IMG/VR virus record: IMGVR_UViG_3300045988_145635 | Strand: one strand, 5' to 3' | Origin: a virus | Lineage: Duplodnaviria > Heunggongvirae > Uroviricota > Caudoviricetes | DNA length: 64,000 nucleotides | Shown: positions 1 to 10,865 of the stretch, piece by piece | Layout of the letters: each line of letters opens with the position of its first letter | Position numbering within the stretch: the stretch's first letter is position 1 | Made by a program: the position numbers and the translations under genes | The notes under the pieces: model-generated | Databases searched by the model: none | Seen by the model: only the letters and a program-made list of their open reading frames with translations | What the model was told of the DNA's origin: nothing

Positions 1-2
1 TT

Positions 3-644
3 ATCAGCGATCTGAAAGCATTACGTAAGAGCGTAGAAGGTGATAACCATGACGTTGTTATCCATACATCCATTAACAAAGCCATTCCAACAATGCCTGA
101 CGTCGGTATCGATGCGCAGGAGTTAAAGGATATCGGCTTTCGTCTCGTGCTTAGTGGGCATTACCACAACCACAAAGAGGTCATTCCTGGAGTTATCAGT
201 GTCGGTGCGCTGACCCATCAAAATTGGGGAGATGTTGGATCTCTGGCTGGTTACATGATCGTAAACCCGGACGGCAGTTTCAGTCACTACGAAACCAGTG
301 CGCCTAAATTCATTAACCTGGAAGATTATGTTGCCGATGACCAAATTCGCGGCAACTACGTGCGTTTCCGCGCCGTAATCGAGAACGATGAAGAAGGCAT
401 TAAGTACCAGAACATCCTTAAAACAATGGGTGCAAAAGGTGTTGTGTGCAACTTCATCCGTAAGTCATCAATGATGGAAGGGACAGCAAGCACAACGGAA
501 ACCAGCAAAATCGATAGCCTGGGAGAGTCGGTATCTGCTTATTGCAAGATTGTCCACGATACTGACGGCGGATTTGATCTGAGCAAGTTGGATATTTTGT
601 GTCAGGAAATCCTCACCGAAGCGGAGAGTTCGGAGGCTGTGTGA
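3..644 (+). CDS. SbcD/Mre11-like nuclease, C-terminal part (5' end lies outside the window)
   Basis: Frame is open from the window start to the stop at 644; metallophosphoesterase-type motifs GDNHD and SGHYHNH; lies directly upstream of an SbcC-like gene. Confidence 0.55.
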   Translation: MSDLKALRKSVEGDNHDVVIHTSINKAIPTMPDVGIDAQELKDIGFRLVLSGHYHNHKEVIPGVISVGALTHQNWGDVGSLAGYMIVNPDGSFSHYETSAPKFINLEDYVADDQIRGNYVRFRAVIENDEEGIKYQNILKTMGAKGVVCNFIRKSSMMEGTASTTETSKIDSLGESVSAYCKIVHDTDGGFDLSKLDILCQEILTEAESSEAV

Positions 645-873
645 GGCAAAGTCGTTATGGGAGCTTTCGAGACTTTGCCATCACGATGAAAAGACTTGAA
701 CGAGGCCAGACGGTGATGTTTCACAAGCCCTACCCGCCACAAGGAAATCCCGTAGCGTTTTATCTTGGAAGGTTAACAAGAAAAGGCGTATTGAGGCGCA
801 GATCCTTCCCGGCGCATACGGAGTTCAGATTGAAAGAAGGCCAAAAGCTAACACACGGTATCAGAGGTGTTAT

Positions 874-2790
874 ATGAAGTTTTTAAAGCTCCAGGTTGAG
901 AATTTTATGGCTATCGCCAGCGCGGAGGTCGAGTTAGATCAGCGTGGTTTAGTGCTCATTCAGGGTGTTAATAGTGATGATAGTTCCGCATCAAGTAATG
1001 GCTCTGGAAAGTCAACGCTAATGAATAGCCTGATGTGGTGTCTTTATGGCGAAACAGCTCATGGTGTGAAGGGTGACGATGTGTTGTCTACCGACCATGA
1101 AAAGAACTGTCGTGTTGCAGTAACCATCGAGGATGAAGGCAAGAGATATGCGATCATTCGTCACCGTAAACACAAAGAGTTCAAAAATCGGCTTATCGTT
1201 CGTGGTGAAGACGGCGATATGACGAAAGGCAAAGATGCGCTGACGCAAGAGTTCGTCGAGCGTCTGATCGGTGCATCTAAAGAGGTTTTCATGGCTTCCA
1301 TCTATGCGAGCCAAGAAGCTATGCCAGATTTACCTGGAATGTCCGACAAAAACCTCAAAACCATCGTAGAAGAAGCCGCTGGCGTTGACAGACTGACACG
1401 CGCCTACGCTATTGCTCGTGAGCGAGCTAATGCAGCTGCCGCACGTATGGATGTGGTTAAAACCAAATTGGAGTCGACAATCTCGACCATTGAGGCAACA
1501 CAGTCAGAAATTGAGTCAGCGAAAGCCTCCTCTGAATCATGGGAGCAAGAGCGTTCTAAACGTTATGACGATGCCCTGGCTGGGCTGGCCAGTGCCGAAG
1601 TTGAGTTAACGGAAGTTGAACTTGAGATCCGCACTCTTCCCGAACAGATCCGTGATACCGAGAAGGCAATCGAAAGTGAGCGCAAAAAGTTAGCCTCAAA
1701 AGAAGAACATGACGCCAAGTTGCTCAAAGTTCGTGGTGCGATAACTGATATTCGGGCAAGCATCAAAGCTACAGAAAATAGTCAGGCTGATGCAATGAAC
1801 CGCGCGCGTAATTTTAAGACCAAAGCAGAAGAGGTTGGTACTAAAGTGGGATCACCATGCCCTACTTGTGGCAAAGCCTACTGCGAAGAAGATCTATCAA
1901 CGGTGAAGGAGAATTTCATTGAACAAGCACGTCAGGAAATTGGTCAGGCGAAGACACTTGCAGAGGCAATGGCTAAACACAAAACGAATCTTGAGAAAGC
2001 GTTAAGCATTGAGTCTGCCCTTGTTAAAACGACACCTGATGTAACGGCTATCATTGCCCGGATTGAAGAGCTTACGAAACAACTCTCATCTTTGCGTCAT
2101 CGTGAGAAGGAGGTTGTTGCTATTGAGTCTCTTGTGACTCGTGCTCGTACTGAGGTCGATCGTATATCAAAAGAGATTAATCCGTTTATTGCTCTTATCG
2201 CCAGACACGAAGATAACCTGGTATCCAGTAAGTCTACCTTCAAGTCCTTAAAAGATGAGTTGAAGGCTATTCAGGAACAAACGTTGCTATTGGAAAAAGC
2301 TCGTCAGGTCTACTCTCCTGCCGGGGTGCGTTCTCATATTTTGACGTCTGTTACGCCTTTCCTGAATACACGCACTGCCGAGTATCTCAATACGTTGTCT
2401 GACGGGAATATTACTGCTGAGTGGTCGACGATGGATGTCACTAAAAAAGGTGAGTATCGCGACAAATTCAACATTAGTGTGCAGAAGAAAGGTTCAAGTA
2501 AGTCGTTCCAGACCCTCTCTGGTGGTGAGAAGCGGAAGGTTCGCATTGCGTGTTCTTTGGCATTGCAGGATCTGGTTAGTAACCGGGCGAGTAAAAACAT
2601 CGATTTGTTTATCGGCGACGAAATTGACGATGCACTCGATACAGCCGGTCTTGAACGCCTCATGGGTATTCTGGAGTCCAAAGCTCGCGAGCGAGGTACT
2701 GTGCTGATTATCTCCCATAAAGAGATGAAGTCATGGTTCCGGGAAACTATTACGCTGGAAGTTAAAGAGGGGCGCAGCTATGTCGTTTAA
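874..2790 (+). CDS. SbcC/Rad50-like recombination ATPase
   Basis: N-terminal Walker A GSGKST, long coiled-coil with a CPTCG zinc-hook-like motif, C-terminal ABC signature LSGGEKRK and Walker B DEIDD. Confidence 0.85.
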   Translation: MKFLKLQVENFMAIASAEVELDQRGLVLIQGVNSDDSSASSNGSGKSTLMNSLMWCLYGETAHGVKGDDVLSTDHEKNCRVAVTIEDEGKRYAIIRHRKHKEFKNRLIVRGEDGDMTKGKDALTQEFVERLIGASKEVFMASIYASQEAMPDLPGMSDKNLKTIVEEAAGVDRLTRAYAIARERANAAAARMDVVKTKLESTISTIEATQSEIESAKASSESWEQERSKRYDDALAGLASAEVELTEVELEIRTLPEQIRDTEKAIESERKKLASKEEHDAKLLKVRGAITDIRASIKATENSQADAMNRARNFKTKAEEVGTKVGSPCPTCGKAYCEEDLSTVKENFIEQARQEIGQAKTLAEAMAKHKTNLEKALSIESALVKTTPDVTAIIARIEELTKQLSSLRHREKEVVAIESLVTRARTEVDRISKEINPFIALIARHEDNLVSSKSTFKSLKDELKAIQEQTLLLEKARQVYSPAGVRSHILTSVTPFLNTRTAEYLNTLSDGNITAEWSTMDVTKKGEYRDKFNISVQKKGSSKSFQTLSGGEKRKVRIACSLALQDLVSNRASKNIDLFIGDEIDDALDTAGLERLMGILESKARERGTVLIISHKEMKSWFRETITLEVKEGRSYVV

Positions 2791-3538
2791 ATTAAGCCGC
2801 TCGCAGTTTTTGCAGGTATTTGCAGTGATGCAGTCGATAAAACTGATCAATGGGCATACTTCCAATGGTGCGGCTCCACGTATTCTGTGGGGCAGCAACA
2901 ATATTGACGGAGTACAATTCGCCGCGTTGCTTGGTCTAATATCCGAGACGCCATTGATGCAAAGTTTGAAATCACTACCACCTGGATGTATTGCGCCGAT
3001 CCTGATTAATCCTTTTGTTGAGGGGGGATATCTTCCCAACGTCGGGCCTGGGTTTATTGCATCCCATGAAACTGAAGATCTTAACATTAATAGCGAAGGG
3101 TTCTTTGGGGGAATGGGTGCGCATCACTGTATGGCTTTCACGAACCTTATTCGACTTGCCAATAAGCGGGTGGATAGTTTGGCATCGCCAGGTGATGCTT
3201 TTACTGGTTTCCTTATCCAAAGGAGGGATAAAAAGTACAGTGCGGACAAACTACAGTTTGTTGGTAAGTATGGAGAAATGGTAGAAATCGAACTTCAGCT
3301 CCCTCATGTTTTAGCAAACGATAGTGCAGACAGTCGGAGGCTGTTGGGCATCATGCGTCATTTCATAGCAAGTGGTGTAAAACATGCCGCAGATAAACAT
3401 GCCGCAGATAAACGTGTCACGCAGGAAAATGAGTATTCAGACTTTGCAAACTATCCCCAACCAACGTTGCAAACGGCAATAGTAGCCAATTCGTTGGAGG
3501 CGAGATTATTGGAAAACCCTATATGGGGAACATGGTAA
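2780..3538 (+). CDS. hypothetical protein
   Basis: 252-aa ORF co-directional with neighbours; contains a tandem 15-bp duplication (KHAADKHAADK); no recognisable motif. Confidence 0.4.
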   Translation: MSFKLSRSQFLQVFAVMQSIKLINGHTSNGAAPRILWGSNNIDGVQFAALLGLISETPLMQSLKSLPPGCIAPILINPFVEGGYLPNVGPGFIASHETEDLNINSEGFFGGMGAHHCMAFTNLIRLANKRVDSLASPGDAFTGFLIQRRDKKYSADKLQFVGKYGEMVEIELQLPHVLANDSADSRRLLGIMRHFIASGVKHAADKHAADKRVTQENEYSDFANYPQPTLQTAIVANSLEARLLENPIWGTW

Positions 3539-3547
3539 GGAGACTAT

Positions 3548-4117
3548 ATGAGTAAAAAAATCAGCGTAGTTGGTGTTGATCCCTCAATGAGCAACTTTGG
3601 GCTTGCTGTGGGCACTTTAGACCTTGAGACGGACGAACTTGAGATTCACGGCCTTACTCTTGTTGAGACTAAAGCGGGGAGTAACAAAAAGACCGTTCGT
3701 GTGAACAGTGACGATCTGCGCCGAGCCAGTGAAATATGGCGTGTTGCGAAGCCAATCATTGATAAGGCAAATATGGTTTTTTGTGAGCTACCGGTTGGGA
3801 GCCAAAACTCTCGTTCGCAGACGTCTTACGGTATTTGTATCGGTGTACTTGCGTGTGTGGATAAGCCATTGATCCAGGTTACTCCAAACGAAATCAAGCA
3901 TTTTGTCGGCAATAAACTTACTACATCGAAAGAAGAGATTATCCAGTGGGCTACGAAAAAACACCCTAAAGCACCGTGGCTGCGTCGTAAGCAATCTGGA
4001 CAGGATGTTCTCGTGAACAAAAACGAACATTTGGCTGATGCGGTGGCTGCCATCCATACCGGTATGCAAACAGATCAGTTCCGCCAGGTGCGCGATGTTC
4101 TTAAGTCTCTCATTTGA
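3548..4117 (+). CDS. putative RuvC-like Holliday junction resolvase
   Basis: N-terminal VVGVDPS motif and acidic residues spaced as in the RuvC/YqgF fold (CELP, ADAVAAIH); sits between SbcC and nrdA. Confidence 0.45.
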   Translation: MSKKISVVGVDPSMSNFGLAVGTLDLETDELEIHGLTLVETKAGSNKKTVRVNSDDLRRASEIWRVAKPIIDKANMVFCELPVGSQNSRSQTSYGICIGVLACVDKPLIQVTPNEIKHFVGNKLTTSKEEIIQWATKKHPKAPWLRRKQSGQDVLVNKNEHLADAVAAIHTGMQTDQFRQVRDVLKSLI

Positions 4118-4190
4118 TTTCATTGATAGGTAAGTGCTTATCTATTAACATGGGCCACTATATTTAGTGGCCCTCTTTATTTGGTGATAC

Positions 4191-6506
4191 ATGATAAGCA
4201 TCGTAAAACGTAACGGCCAAACAGAGCCGTTATCCGAAGAAAAATACAACCGCGTCGTAATGTATGGCGTAGAAGGCATTCGTGGTGTAAGCGCATCCGC
4301 TGTAGCAATGGGAGCTGCGGCCAGCATTTTTGATGGGATGACCACCAGCCAGTTGCATGAGGCTTTGGTTAAATCTGCCGCTGATTTGATCTCACCAGAA
4401 GCACCAAATTACTCACAGGTGGCTGCCCGCCTGAACATTTTTAAAATCCGCAAAGATGCCTTCGGTCGTTACGACTATCCGAACTTCTACCAACACATTG
4501 TCAAGAACGTTAACAAGGGCGTTTATGACAAGGATTTGCTGACACATTATTCGTTTGAAGAGATCGAAGAACTCGGCAATTACATTAAGCCGAAACGTGA
4601 CGATCTTTTTGGCTATGCAGCTACGGTGCAGTTGCAAAGCAAATACCTCGTTCAAAACCGTGTTACTGGTGAGATTCATGAGGGACCGCAACATATCTAT
4701 ATGCTGGTAGGCATGTGTCTGTTCCAGAATTGGGAAGACGACTGCGCTGGCAAAACACGTATGGAGATGGTCAAAGGTTTCTATGACGTTACAAGTACGT
4801 TCAAACTGTCTCTGCCCACACCAATCATGGCCGGCGTCCGTACTCCAACCCGTCAGTTCTCCAGTTGTGTGCTGATTGAGTCTGGCGATAGTCTGAAAGG
4901 GATTAGTGCAGCTTCAGCCGCAATTATCGACTACGTTTCACGTCGTGCTGGAATTGGTATTGGTTTTGGCCGTATCCGTGCGCTGGGCAGCGAGATCCGC
5001 AATGGTGAAGCCACCCATACTGGAGTTATTCCATTCCTGAAGCATTTCCAGACGGCTGTTAAATCTTGTTCGCAAGGTGGTGTTCGTGGTGGCGCAGCAA
5101 CAGCGTTTTACCCGATCTGGCATCTTGAAGTTGAAAGTCTGCTGGTGGTGAAAAATAACCGTGGTATTGATGAAAACCGCGTTCGCCATCTTGATTACGG
5201 CGTCATGAGTAACCGTCTAATGTACCGTCGACTCGTCAGAAGCGAGAACATCACTCTGTTCAGCCCGCATGATGTGCCTGATATGTACGAAGCCTTCTTC
5301 ACAGACCAGGAGCTGTTTGAAAAGCTGTACCATAAATACGAAGCCGATGATTCAATTCGCAAGAAGTCAGTACCTGCCATTGAGCTGTTCTCATCTCTGA
5401 TGCAGGAACGAGCGTCCACGGGCCGAATTTATATTGCGAACGTCGATCATATTAATGAGCATGGCGCTTTCATTCCTGCTCTTGCACCTGTTCGCCAGTC
5501 AAACCTGTGTATGGAGATCACCCTACCCACCCGTCCACTGGCATTTACCGACGACCCGAACGGTGAGATCGCGCTATGCACTTTATCCGCTTTTAACCTC
5601 GGAGCCATCCGTTCACTGGAGTCTCTTAAAGAGGTGGCGTTCTATGCCGTTGCTGCACTGGATTCGTTACTGGATTATCAAGACTATCCGATGGAGGCAG
5701 CCGAAGTGCCTGCCAAAGCTCGTCGTAGCTTGGGAATTGGTGTAACCAACTTTGCTTATTACCTGGCAAAGAATGGCGTTCGTTATTCTGATACCGCTGG
5801 CAATAAACTGGTGCATGAAACGTTCGAAGCTATCCAGTATTACCTTCTTGATGCCAGCTGCCGACTTGCTGAAGCAAAAGGTGAGTGTGACTGGTTTGAG
5901 CAGACCAAATACGCAATTGGTCAGTTGCCGATCGACCATTACCGTTCTTCATTAGACGAAAGTGGCGAAACCAACTTTGAGTTAAAGATGCCGTGGGAAG
6001 AACTGCGTGAACGTATTGCAAAATACGGCCTTCGCAACTCCACACTGACGGCACAAATGCCATGCGAGACTTCCAGCCAGATCACTAATTCCACCAACGG
6101 CATCGAACCGCCTCGTGGCCCGGTGTCAGTGAAATCTTCTAAGGACGGCATCGTCAAGATGGTCGTGCCTGAGTTTGAAAAACTGAAGGAACAGTATGAA
6201 TACCTGTGGGATATGCCGGACAACCGCGGCTATCTGACAAAGGTGGCGATCATCCAGAAGTTCTTTGACCAGGCTATTTCAGCCAATACCAACTATGACC
6301 CTTCTCGCTTTGAAGGCGATAAAGTCCCAATGATGACGCTACTGTCAGATTTGCTTCTCGCCTACAAGATGGGAGTTAAAACGCTTTACTACCACAACAC
6401 CAGAGATGGGGCAGGAAAGCGTGATGACGACGAACCGCAGAATCCACTGACGCAAGCTGTAGCCGTCGAGCCAGAAGATGAGTGCGACGGAGCCTGCAAA
6501 ATCTGA
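4191..6506 (+). CDS. nrdA: ribonucleoside-diphosphate reductase alpha subunit (class Ia)
   Basis: 771-aa protein collinear with recalled E. coli NrdA, including YLVQNRVTGEI, PTPIMAGVRTPTRQFSSCVLIE and VRQSNLCMEI blocks and the C-terminal CxxC tail. Confidence 0.95.
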   Translation: MISIVKRNGQTEPLSEEKYNRVVMYGVEGIRGVSASAVAMGAAASIFDGMTTSQLHEALVKSAADLISPEAPNYSQVAARLNIFKIRKDAFGRYDYPNFYQHIVKNVNKGVYDKDLLTHYSFEEIEELGNYIKPKRDDLFGYAATVQLQSKYLVQNRVTGEIHEGPQHIYMLVGMCLFQNWEDDCAGKTRMEMVKGFYDVTSTFKLSLPTPIMAGVRTPTRQFSSCVLIESGDSLKGISAASAAIIDYVSRRAGIGIGFGRIRALGSEIRNGEATHTGVIPFLKHFQTAVKSCSQGGVRGGAATAFYPIWHLEVESLLVVKNNRGIDENRVRHLDYGVMSNRLMYRRLVRSENITLFSPHDVPDMYEAFFTDQELFEKLYHKYEADDSIRKKSVPAIELFSSLMQERASTGRIYIANVDHINEHGAFIPALAPVRQSNLCMEITLPTRPLAFTDDPNGEIALCTLSAFNLGAIRSLESLKEVAFYAVAALDSLLDYQDYPMEAAEVPAKARRSLGIGVTNFAYYLAKNGVRYSDTAGNKLVHETFEAIQYYLLDASCRLAEAKGECDWFEQTKYAIGQLPIDHYRSSLDESGETNFELKMPWEELRERIAKYGLRNSTLTAQMPCETSSQITNSTNGIEPPRGPVSVKSSKDGIVKMVVPEFEKLKEQYEYLWDMPDNRGYLTKVAIIQKFFDQAISANTNYDPSRFEGDKVPMMTLLSDLLLAYKMGVKTLYYHNTRDGAGKRDDDEPQNPLTQAVAVEPEDECDGACKI

Positions 6507-6613
6507 CATATGGTGGGGGATATCCCCACCTTCTCTTTGATTTGTAAGCCTTGTTTAAACACATAAGATAACAACTTGTTTAAACGCACCAAAAAAAGAA
6601 AAAGGAAAAACAC

Positions 6614-7756
6614 ATGTCATATTCAACGTTCCGTTTGGGTGCTAATGATGCAACCAAAGAGCCTATGTTCCTCGGACAATCTGTCAACGTGGCACGTTAC
6701 GATCAGCAAAAATACCGTGATTTTGAAAAGTTGATTGAACGTCAATTGTCTTTCTTCTGGCGGCCGGAAGAAGTTGATATTTCGAGCGATCGTATCGACT
6801 TCAACACGAAGCTGCGGGACCACGAACGTCACATTTTTCTGAGCAATCTCCGTTATCAAACGTTACTCGATTCAGTTCAGGGACGTAGCCCAAATGCAAC
6901 GCTGCTGCCGCTTATCTCTATTCCTGAACTGGAAACGTGGGTTGAAACGTGGTCTTTCTCTGAGACTATCCATAGCCGTAGCTACACCCACATTATTCGT
7001 GGCATGGTGGACGATCCGAGTATTGTTTTTGACGGTATTGTTACGGATGAAGAAATCATCAACCGAGCGATCAGTATCTCTGCTGAATATGACAGGCTTT
7101 ATGGGATGACATGCGAGCGCCAGTCGTTAGGTGAGAAGGAGTTTGAACGTCTGTACGTAAATGAATATGGCTGGGAGCCATACCCTTTGCATCGTCAGCT
7201 TTTCCGCACGTTGGTGTCCATTAATGCGCTTGAGGCGATCCGTTTCTATGTAAGTTTTGCATGTACGTTTGCCTTTGGCGAACGGAAGTTGCTTGAGGGT
7301 AACACCAAAATTATGCGCTTTATTGCCCGTGATGAAGCTCTGCATTGCGAAGGAACTGAACGCATGATCCGCTTCATGCGTACCGGTCGCGAAGGTTTAT
7401 TGTGGAAAGAGATTGCTGCTGATGAAGAAAACGTCATTTACGACACCATGAAATCAGTCGCCGAACAAGAAATGAACTGGGCAGACTATCTCTTCAAAGA
7501 CGGTTCGATGATTGGTTTAAACGCGGATATTCTGAAGACCTATGTAAAATACCGCACCAATCTGGCTATGAATCGTCTTGGCCTGAAGGCTTTATTTCCA
7601 GAAGTTACCACAGATCCGCTGGTCTGGATGAACAAGTGGTTGTTAACCGACACACTGCAAATTGCACCACAAGAGGCAGAGCAAAGCACATATCTGGTAG
7701 GTCAGATCGATTCTACCGTGGATAAGGCTTCTCTAAGCCAGTTTGCAGACCTGTAA
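6614..7756 (+). CDS. nrdB: ribonucleoside-diphosphate reductase beta subunit
   Basis: 380-aa protein with long blocks matching recalled NrdB ([38 protein letters not shown]); class A motif immediately upstream. Confidence 0.92.
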   Translation: MSYSTFRLGANDATKEPMFLGQSVNVARYDQQKYRDFEKLIERQLSFFWRPEEVDISSDRIDFNTKLRDHERHIFLSNLRYQTLLDSVQGRSPNATLLPLISIPELETWVETWSFSETIHSRSYTHIIRGMVDDPSIVFDGIVTDEEIINRAISISAEYDRLYGMTCERQSLGEKEFERLYVNEYGWEPYPLHRQLFRTLVSINALEAIRFYVSFACTFAFGERKLLEGNTKIMRFIARDEALHCEGTERMIRFMRTGREGLLWKEIAADEENVIYDTMKSVAEQEMNWADYLFKDGSMIGLNADILKTYVKYRTNLAMNRLGLKALFPEVTTDPLVWMNKWLLTDTLQIAPQEAEQSTYLVGQIDSTVDKASLSQFADL

Positions 7757-7833
7757 ACCGATACAAAGCATTATGTGGCCTGGCAACGCTGGGCCACAAT
7801 GGATCACAAGAATTAAGAAGGAACAAAACTAGC

Positions 7834-8703
7834 ATGAACTTTACCAAACTGACTGACCACCTGAAACTTGCCACCGATCGTCTCATTGGATTTAAGCCAG
7901 AACCATATGAGTTGCATGAAGGTCATGGTGTAGCTACTGAAAGTATTTACAAGATGGTCGATCAGTTTCATGAACTCTTCCAGCATCCGAGACGCGTTAT
8001 GCCGACACCAGAGCTGCTTCGTCTCCGTGCAAGCCTGATTCATGAAGAAGCTGTAGTGGAAGGTATTCCAGCCGCAATGAATGGGGATATTGAGCAACTG
8101 CTGGATGCAATGGCCGACTTTTTATACGTTGGTGTTGGTACGATGGTCGCCATCAAAGGTGGTATTTCTACCGGCATGACCTATTACACGCAGGAACAGA
8201 GCATTGATCGCTTTATGCAGACAATTTTTGTGCCCGGTAACACTGTTTTCGATGATATGGCAATGCCATTTCAGGAAGCTCGTGAGGCGTCATATATGCT
8301 CGAAGAGCTGGCAGATAAACTTGAGAACAAGACTGTTAAGGATTCTGAGCTGATTCAGGAACTGCGCCGTGTCATGAACAAAATCTATGTGGCGTGCATG
8401 ATGACCTATCGACTGGCTGATTTCCTCGGTATCAATGTAGTCGAGCTGGTTGGCGAAATTCATCGGTCTAACATGACAAAATTATGGCCTGCTGATGTCG
8501 AGGAACGTCGCCAGGCTGTGGCCAACTGCAAATACGACTCTTCAGACCTGGGATTTCGCCATGCTGATGGTACCGATAAGATGATCGGTTTTCGAATTTC
8601 CGATGGAAAGATTCTGAAGTCTCCAACCTATAGTGATGTCGATTTATCCTCCTTTGTTGAGCAAGCTAAAGCCTCAGCAATGTACGGAATGATCAAAAAA
8701 TAA
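7834..8703 (+). CDS. hypothetical protein, possibly MazG-like NTP pyrophosphohydrolase
   Basis: 289-aa ORF with two E/D-rich helical segments (LIHEEAVVEGIPAAMNGDIEQLLDAMADF; LIQELRRVMNKIYVA) resembling all-alpha NTP-PPases; assignment tentative. Confidence 0.4.
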   Translation: MNFTKLTDHLKLATDRLIGFKPEPYELHEGHGVATESIYKMVDQFHELFQHPRRVMPTPELLRLRASLIHEEAVVEGIPAAMNGDIEQLLDAMADFLYVGVGTMVAIKGGISTGMTYYTQEQSIDRFMQTIFVPGNTVFDDMAMPFQEAREASYMLEELADKLENKTVKDSELIQELRRVMNKIYVACMMTYRLADFLGINVVELVGEIHRSNMTKLWPADVEERRQAVANCKYDSSDLGFRHADGTDKMIGFRISDGKILKSPTYSDVDLSSFVEQAKASAMYGMIKK

Positions 8704-8846
8704 TTGTAGGTAGTTATCTATCTATGTATATTGTGTTAGCGCGTTAAATTCCTGAAACAACTATTCATTTTGGTGGCCTATGGCCACCATTTTTTTATCT
8801 ATCTGGCCTTGTTCCCTCAATAAATGTAAACTCACGTAATGAATAA

Positions 8847-9977
8847 GTGATTACTTATCTTTGTGAGGTTTTTGTGTCACTCCTTTTGAATCGTGAGCAT
8901 ACGAACGGTCAGGTAACAAACGCATCGTATGCAAAAGTTATTGAGACGGTGCTTAAAAGCGGCGTGCAGGCTGATGATCGCACAGGCACTGGTACTTTAA
9001 GCACCTGCTACGTTCCCTCTTACTACATGCTTACTGGTGGGACTGTGCCGCTTATTTCTGGAAAGGCGGTAAATCTTAAGCCACTGCTTGTCGAACTTGA
9101 GTGGTATCTGAAAGGCACGGGCAACATCCAATTTCTCAAGGATAACGGCGTTAAGATTTGGGATGCATGGGCCGATGAGAATGGCGATTTGGGGCCAGTT
9201 TACGGTAAGCAGTGGCGTCGATGGGAAGATACCCGCATCGTGAGCCATAGTGAATATCTGAGCAAGATCGCTACTTTCCGTGAACGCGGGTACAAAGTCG
9301 AGGGATACCTAGGTATCAGTGAAGATCGCGTAGTGCTGTCCCGTGAAATCGATCAGCTACAGCGTATTGTCGATACACTGCGCACGAACCCTACCGATCG
9401 TCGCATCATGCTTAACGCATGGAACGTAGGCGAGCTTGAGGATATGAAACTGCCACCTTGCCACTTTGTCTTCTCTTTGTGGAGTCGTGAGCTTGATTTT
9501 GAAACCCGTTTAACGATGGCAACTGACATTGGTCTTCAACACAGTCGCCTCGGTTACGAGTCTATCTACACCAAGATGCTATACGATCTGGAGATGGACG
9601 GCAGTGTTACTGAAGCTGAACTGGATGAACTTGGAATCCCCAAACGCATCCTCAACTCCTGCCTCGTACAGCGTAGCGTAGACACTTTTGTTGGTATGCC
9701 ATTCAATATTGCTGGCTATGGCATTCTCACTCATTTTCTCGCGAAGATTACGGGTCACATGGCCGGTGCATTTGTGCATTTTGGCTTTGACGTGCATTTG
9801 TACAACAACCACATGGAAGGTGTGTGTGAGCTAATGAAACGACAGGCTCCAGAGCATTCAGATCCGGTCGTTATTTTCCCTCATGAATGGTCAGAGTTGG
9901 ATGATTTCAAATGGGACGAGGTTTTAATTCTTGGCTATGACCCTCTATCGTGGATCAAGGTTCCAGTGGCGGTGTGA
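8847..9977 (+). CDS. thyA: thymidylate synthase homologue with internal insertion
   Basis: DRTGTGT, IWDAWADENGDLGPVYGKQWRRW, active-site LPPCH and DTFVGMPFNIAGY blocks; about 45 extra residues between the PCH and PFNIA blocks; start codon uncertain (ATG 8847 or GTG 8874). Confidence 0.85.
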   Translation: MITYLCEVFVSLLLNREHTNGQVTNASYAKVIETVLKSGVQADDRTGTGTLSTCYVPSYYMLTGGTVPLISGKAVNLKPLLVELEWYLKGTGNIQFLKDNGVKIWDAWADENGDLGPVYGKQWRRWEDTRIVSHSEYLSKIATFRERGYKVEGYLGISEDRVVLSREIDQLQRIVDTLRTNPTDRRIMLNAWNVGELEDMKLPPCHFVFSLWSRELDFETRLTMATDIGLQHSRLGYESIYTKMLYDLEMDGSVTEAELDELGIPKRILNSCLVQRSVDTFVGMPFNIAGYGILTHFLAKITGHMAGAFVHFGFDVHLYNNHMEGVCELMKRQAPEHSDPVVIFPHEWSELDDFKWDEVLILGYDPLSWIKVPVAV

Positions 9978-9978
9978 T

Positions 9979-10392
9979 ATGGCAAGAGGTATGTATGTCT
10001 TATGCGAAATTGAAGGTGTGCTGGCAAATGCCAGCCATCGTAAATCAGTATCTGACGCGGATGCAGGCCAGCTCATTGCCGGTGATGAACTCATTTTCCC
10101 CACCAGCCGTATGTTGCGTGGTTTTGCTCGCTCAGGGGCTGAAGTGGTGCTTATCAGTAGCCGCTCTGAAACTCTTGAAGCGCCAACTAAACGATGGCTG
10201 AAAGATTTTGGCGTTGATTATGACTGGCTTCATCTCGTACCGAATGGCACCAGTTATGAGAAGCATATTAAGCGCACATTAGCGGAGCATAAAGGCGATC
10301 TGCTTATCGCTGCGCTGGTGCACGATCCTCGACTCCGTGCCGCTTTAGCCGACTCTCACCATCGACCGGTCATCTATGAGGTGAGCAAATGA
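9979..10392 (+). CDS. hypothetical protein
   Basis: ATG overlaps the thyA stop (TGATATG); 137 aa; no confident motif. Confidence 0.45.
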   Translation: MARGMYVLCEIEGVLANASHRKSVSDADAGQLIAGDELIFPTSRMLRGFARSGAEVVLISSRSETLEAPTKRWLKDFGVDYDWLHLVPNGTSYEKHIKRTLAEHKGDLLIAALVHDPRLRAALADSHHRPVIYEVSK

Positions 10393-10865
10393 AGATGATC
10401 GCTGCTGTTGGCCGTAACTATGAGATCGGCATAGCGAATGAACTCCCCTGGCGTTGTTCTACCGATCTGAAGCTATTTAAGAGACTCACCAAAAACGCCA
10501 CTGTCGTTATGGGGCGTAAAACGATGGAAAGTCTCAAACGCCCTCTTCCAGAGCGTCATAACCTCGTTTTGACGCGCTCTCATGGCTTTGTACCAAATGG
10601 ATTCTACCCTGCTGGTGTGGATGATGTGTTGCGATTACCAGAGCCTGTGTGGGTGATTGGCGGGGAACAAATTTACTCGCTATTCATGCCGCATGTTGAA
10701 GAGATTTGGCTCTCCCACATCGGCGTTGATGTGCCAAACGCCGATGCATTCTTCCCGGCAAGCATGATGCGTAATTTAGGCTTTGTGCCTGTTGAAACAG
10801 CTTATACCCAACGAGCCAGCGAGGAAGAGCCTGGCTTTTCGCAGATCGTATACAGAAGGTCGTAA
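10389..10865 (+). CDS. dihydrofolate reductase
   Basis: 158 aa; IAAVGRN, LPWRC, VVMGRKT and VIGGEQIY blocks typical of DHFR; translationally coupled to flanking genes. Confidence 0.85.
   Translation: MKMIAAVGRNYEIGIANELPWRCSTDLKLFKRLTKNATVVMGRKTMESLKRPLPERHNLVLTRSHGFVPNGFYPAGVDDVLRLPEPVWVIGGEQIYSLFMPHVEEIWLSHIGVDVPNADAFFPASMMRNLGFVPVETAYTQRASEEEPGFSQIVYRRS

Noticed and set aside
3381-3410. Tandem 15-bp duplication AAACATGCCGCAGAT inside the 2780-3538 gene
   Set aside because: In-frame duplication (KHAADKHAADK) within a coding region; likely a trivial slippage event, not a separate feature.
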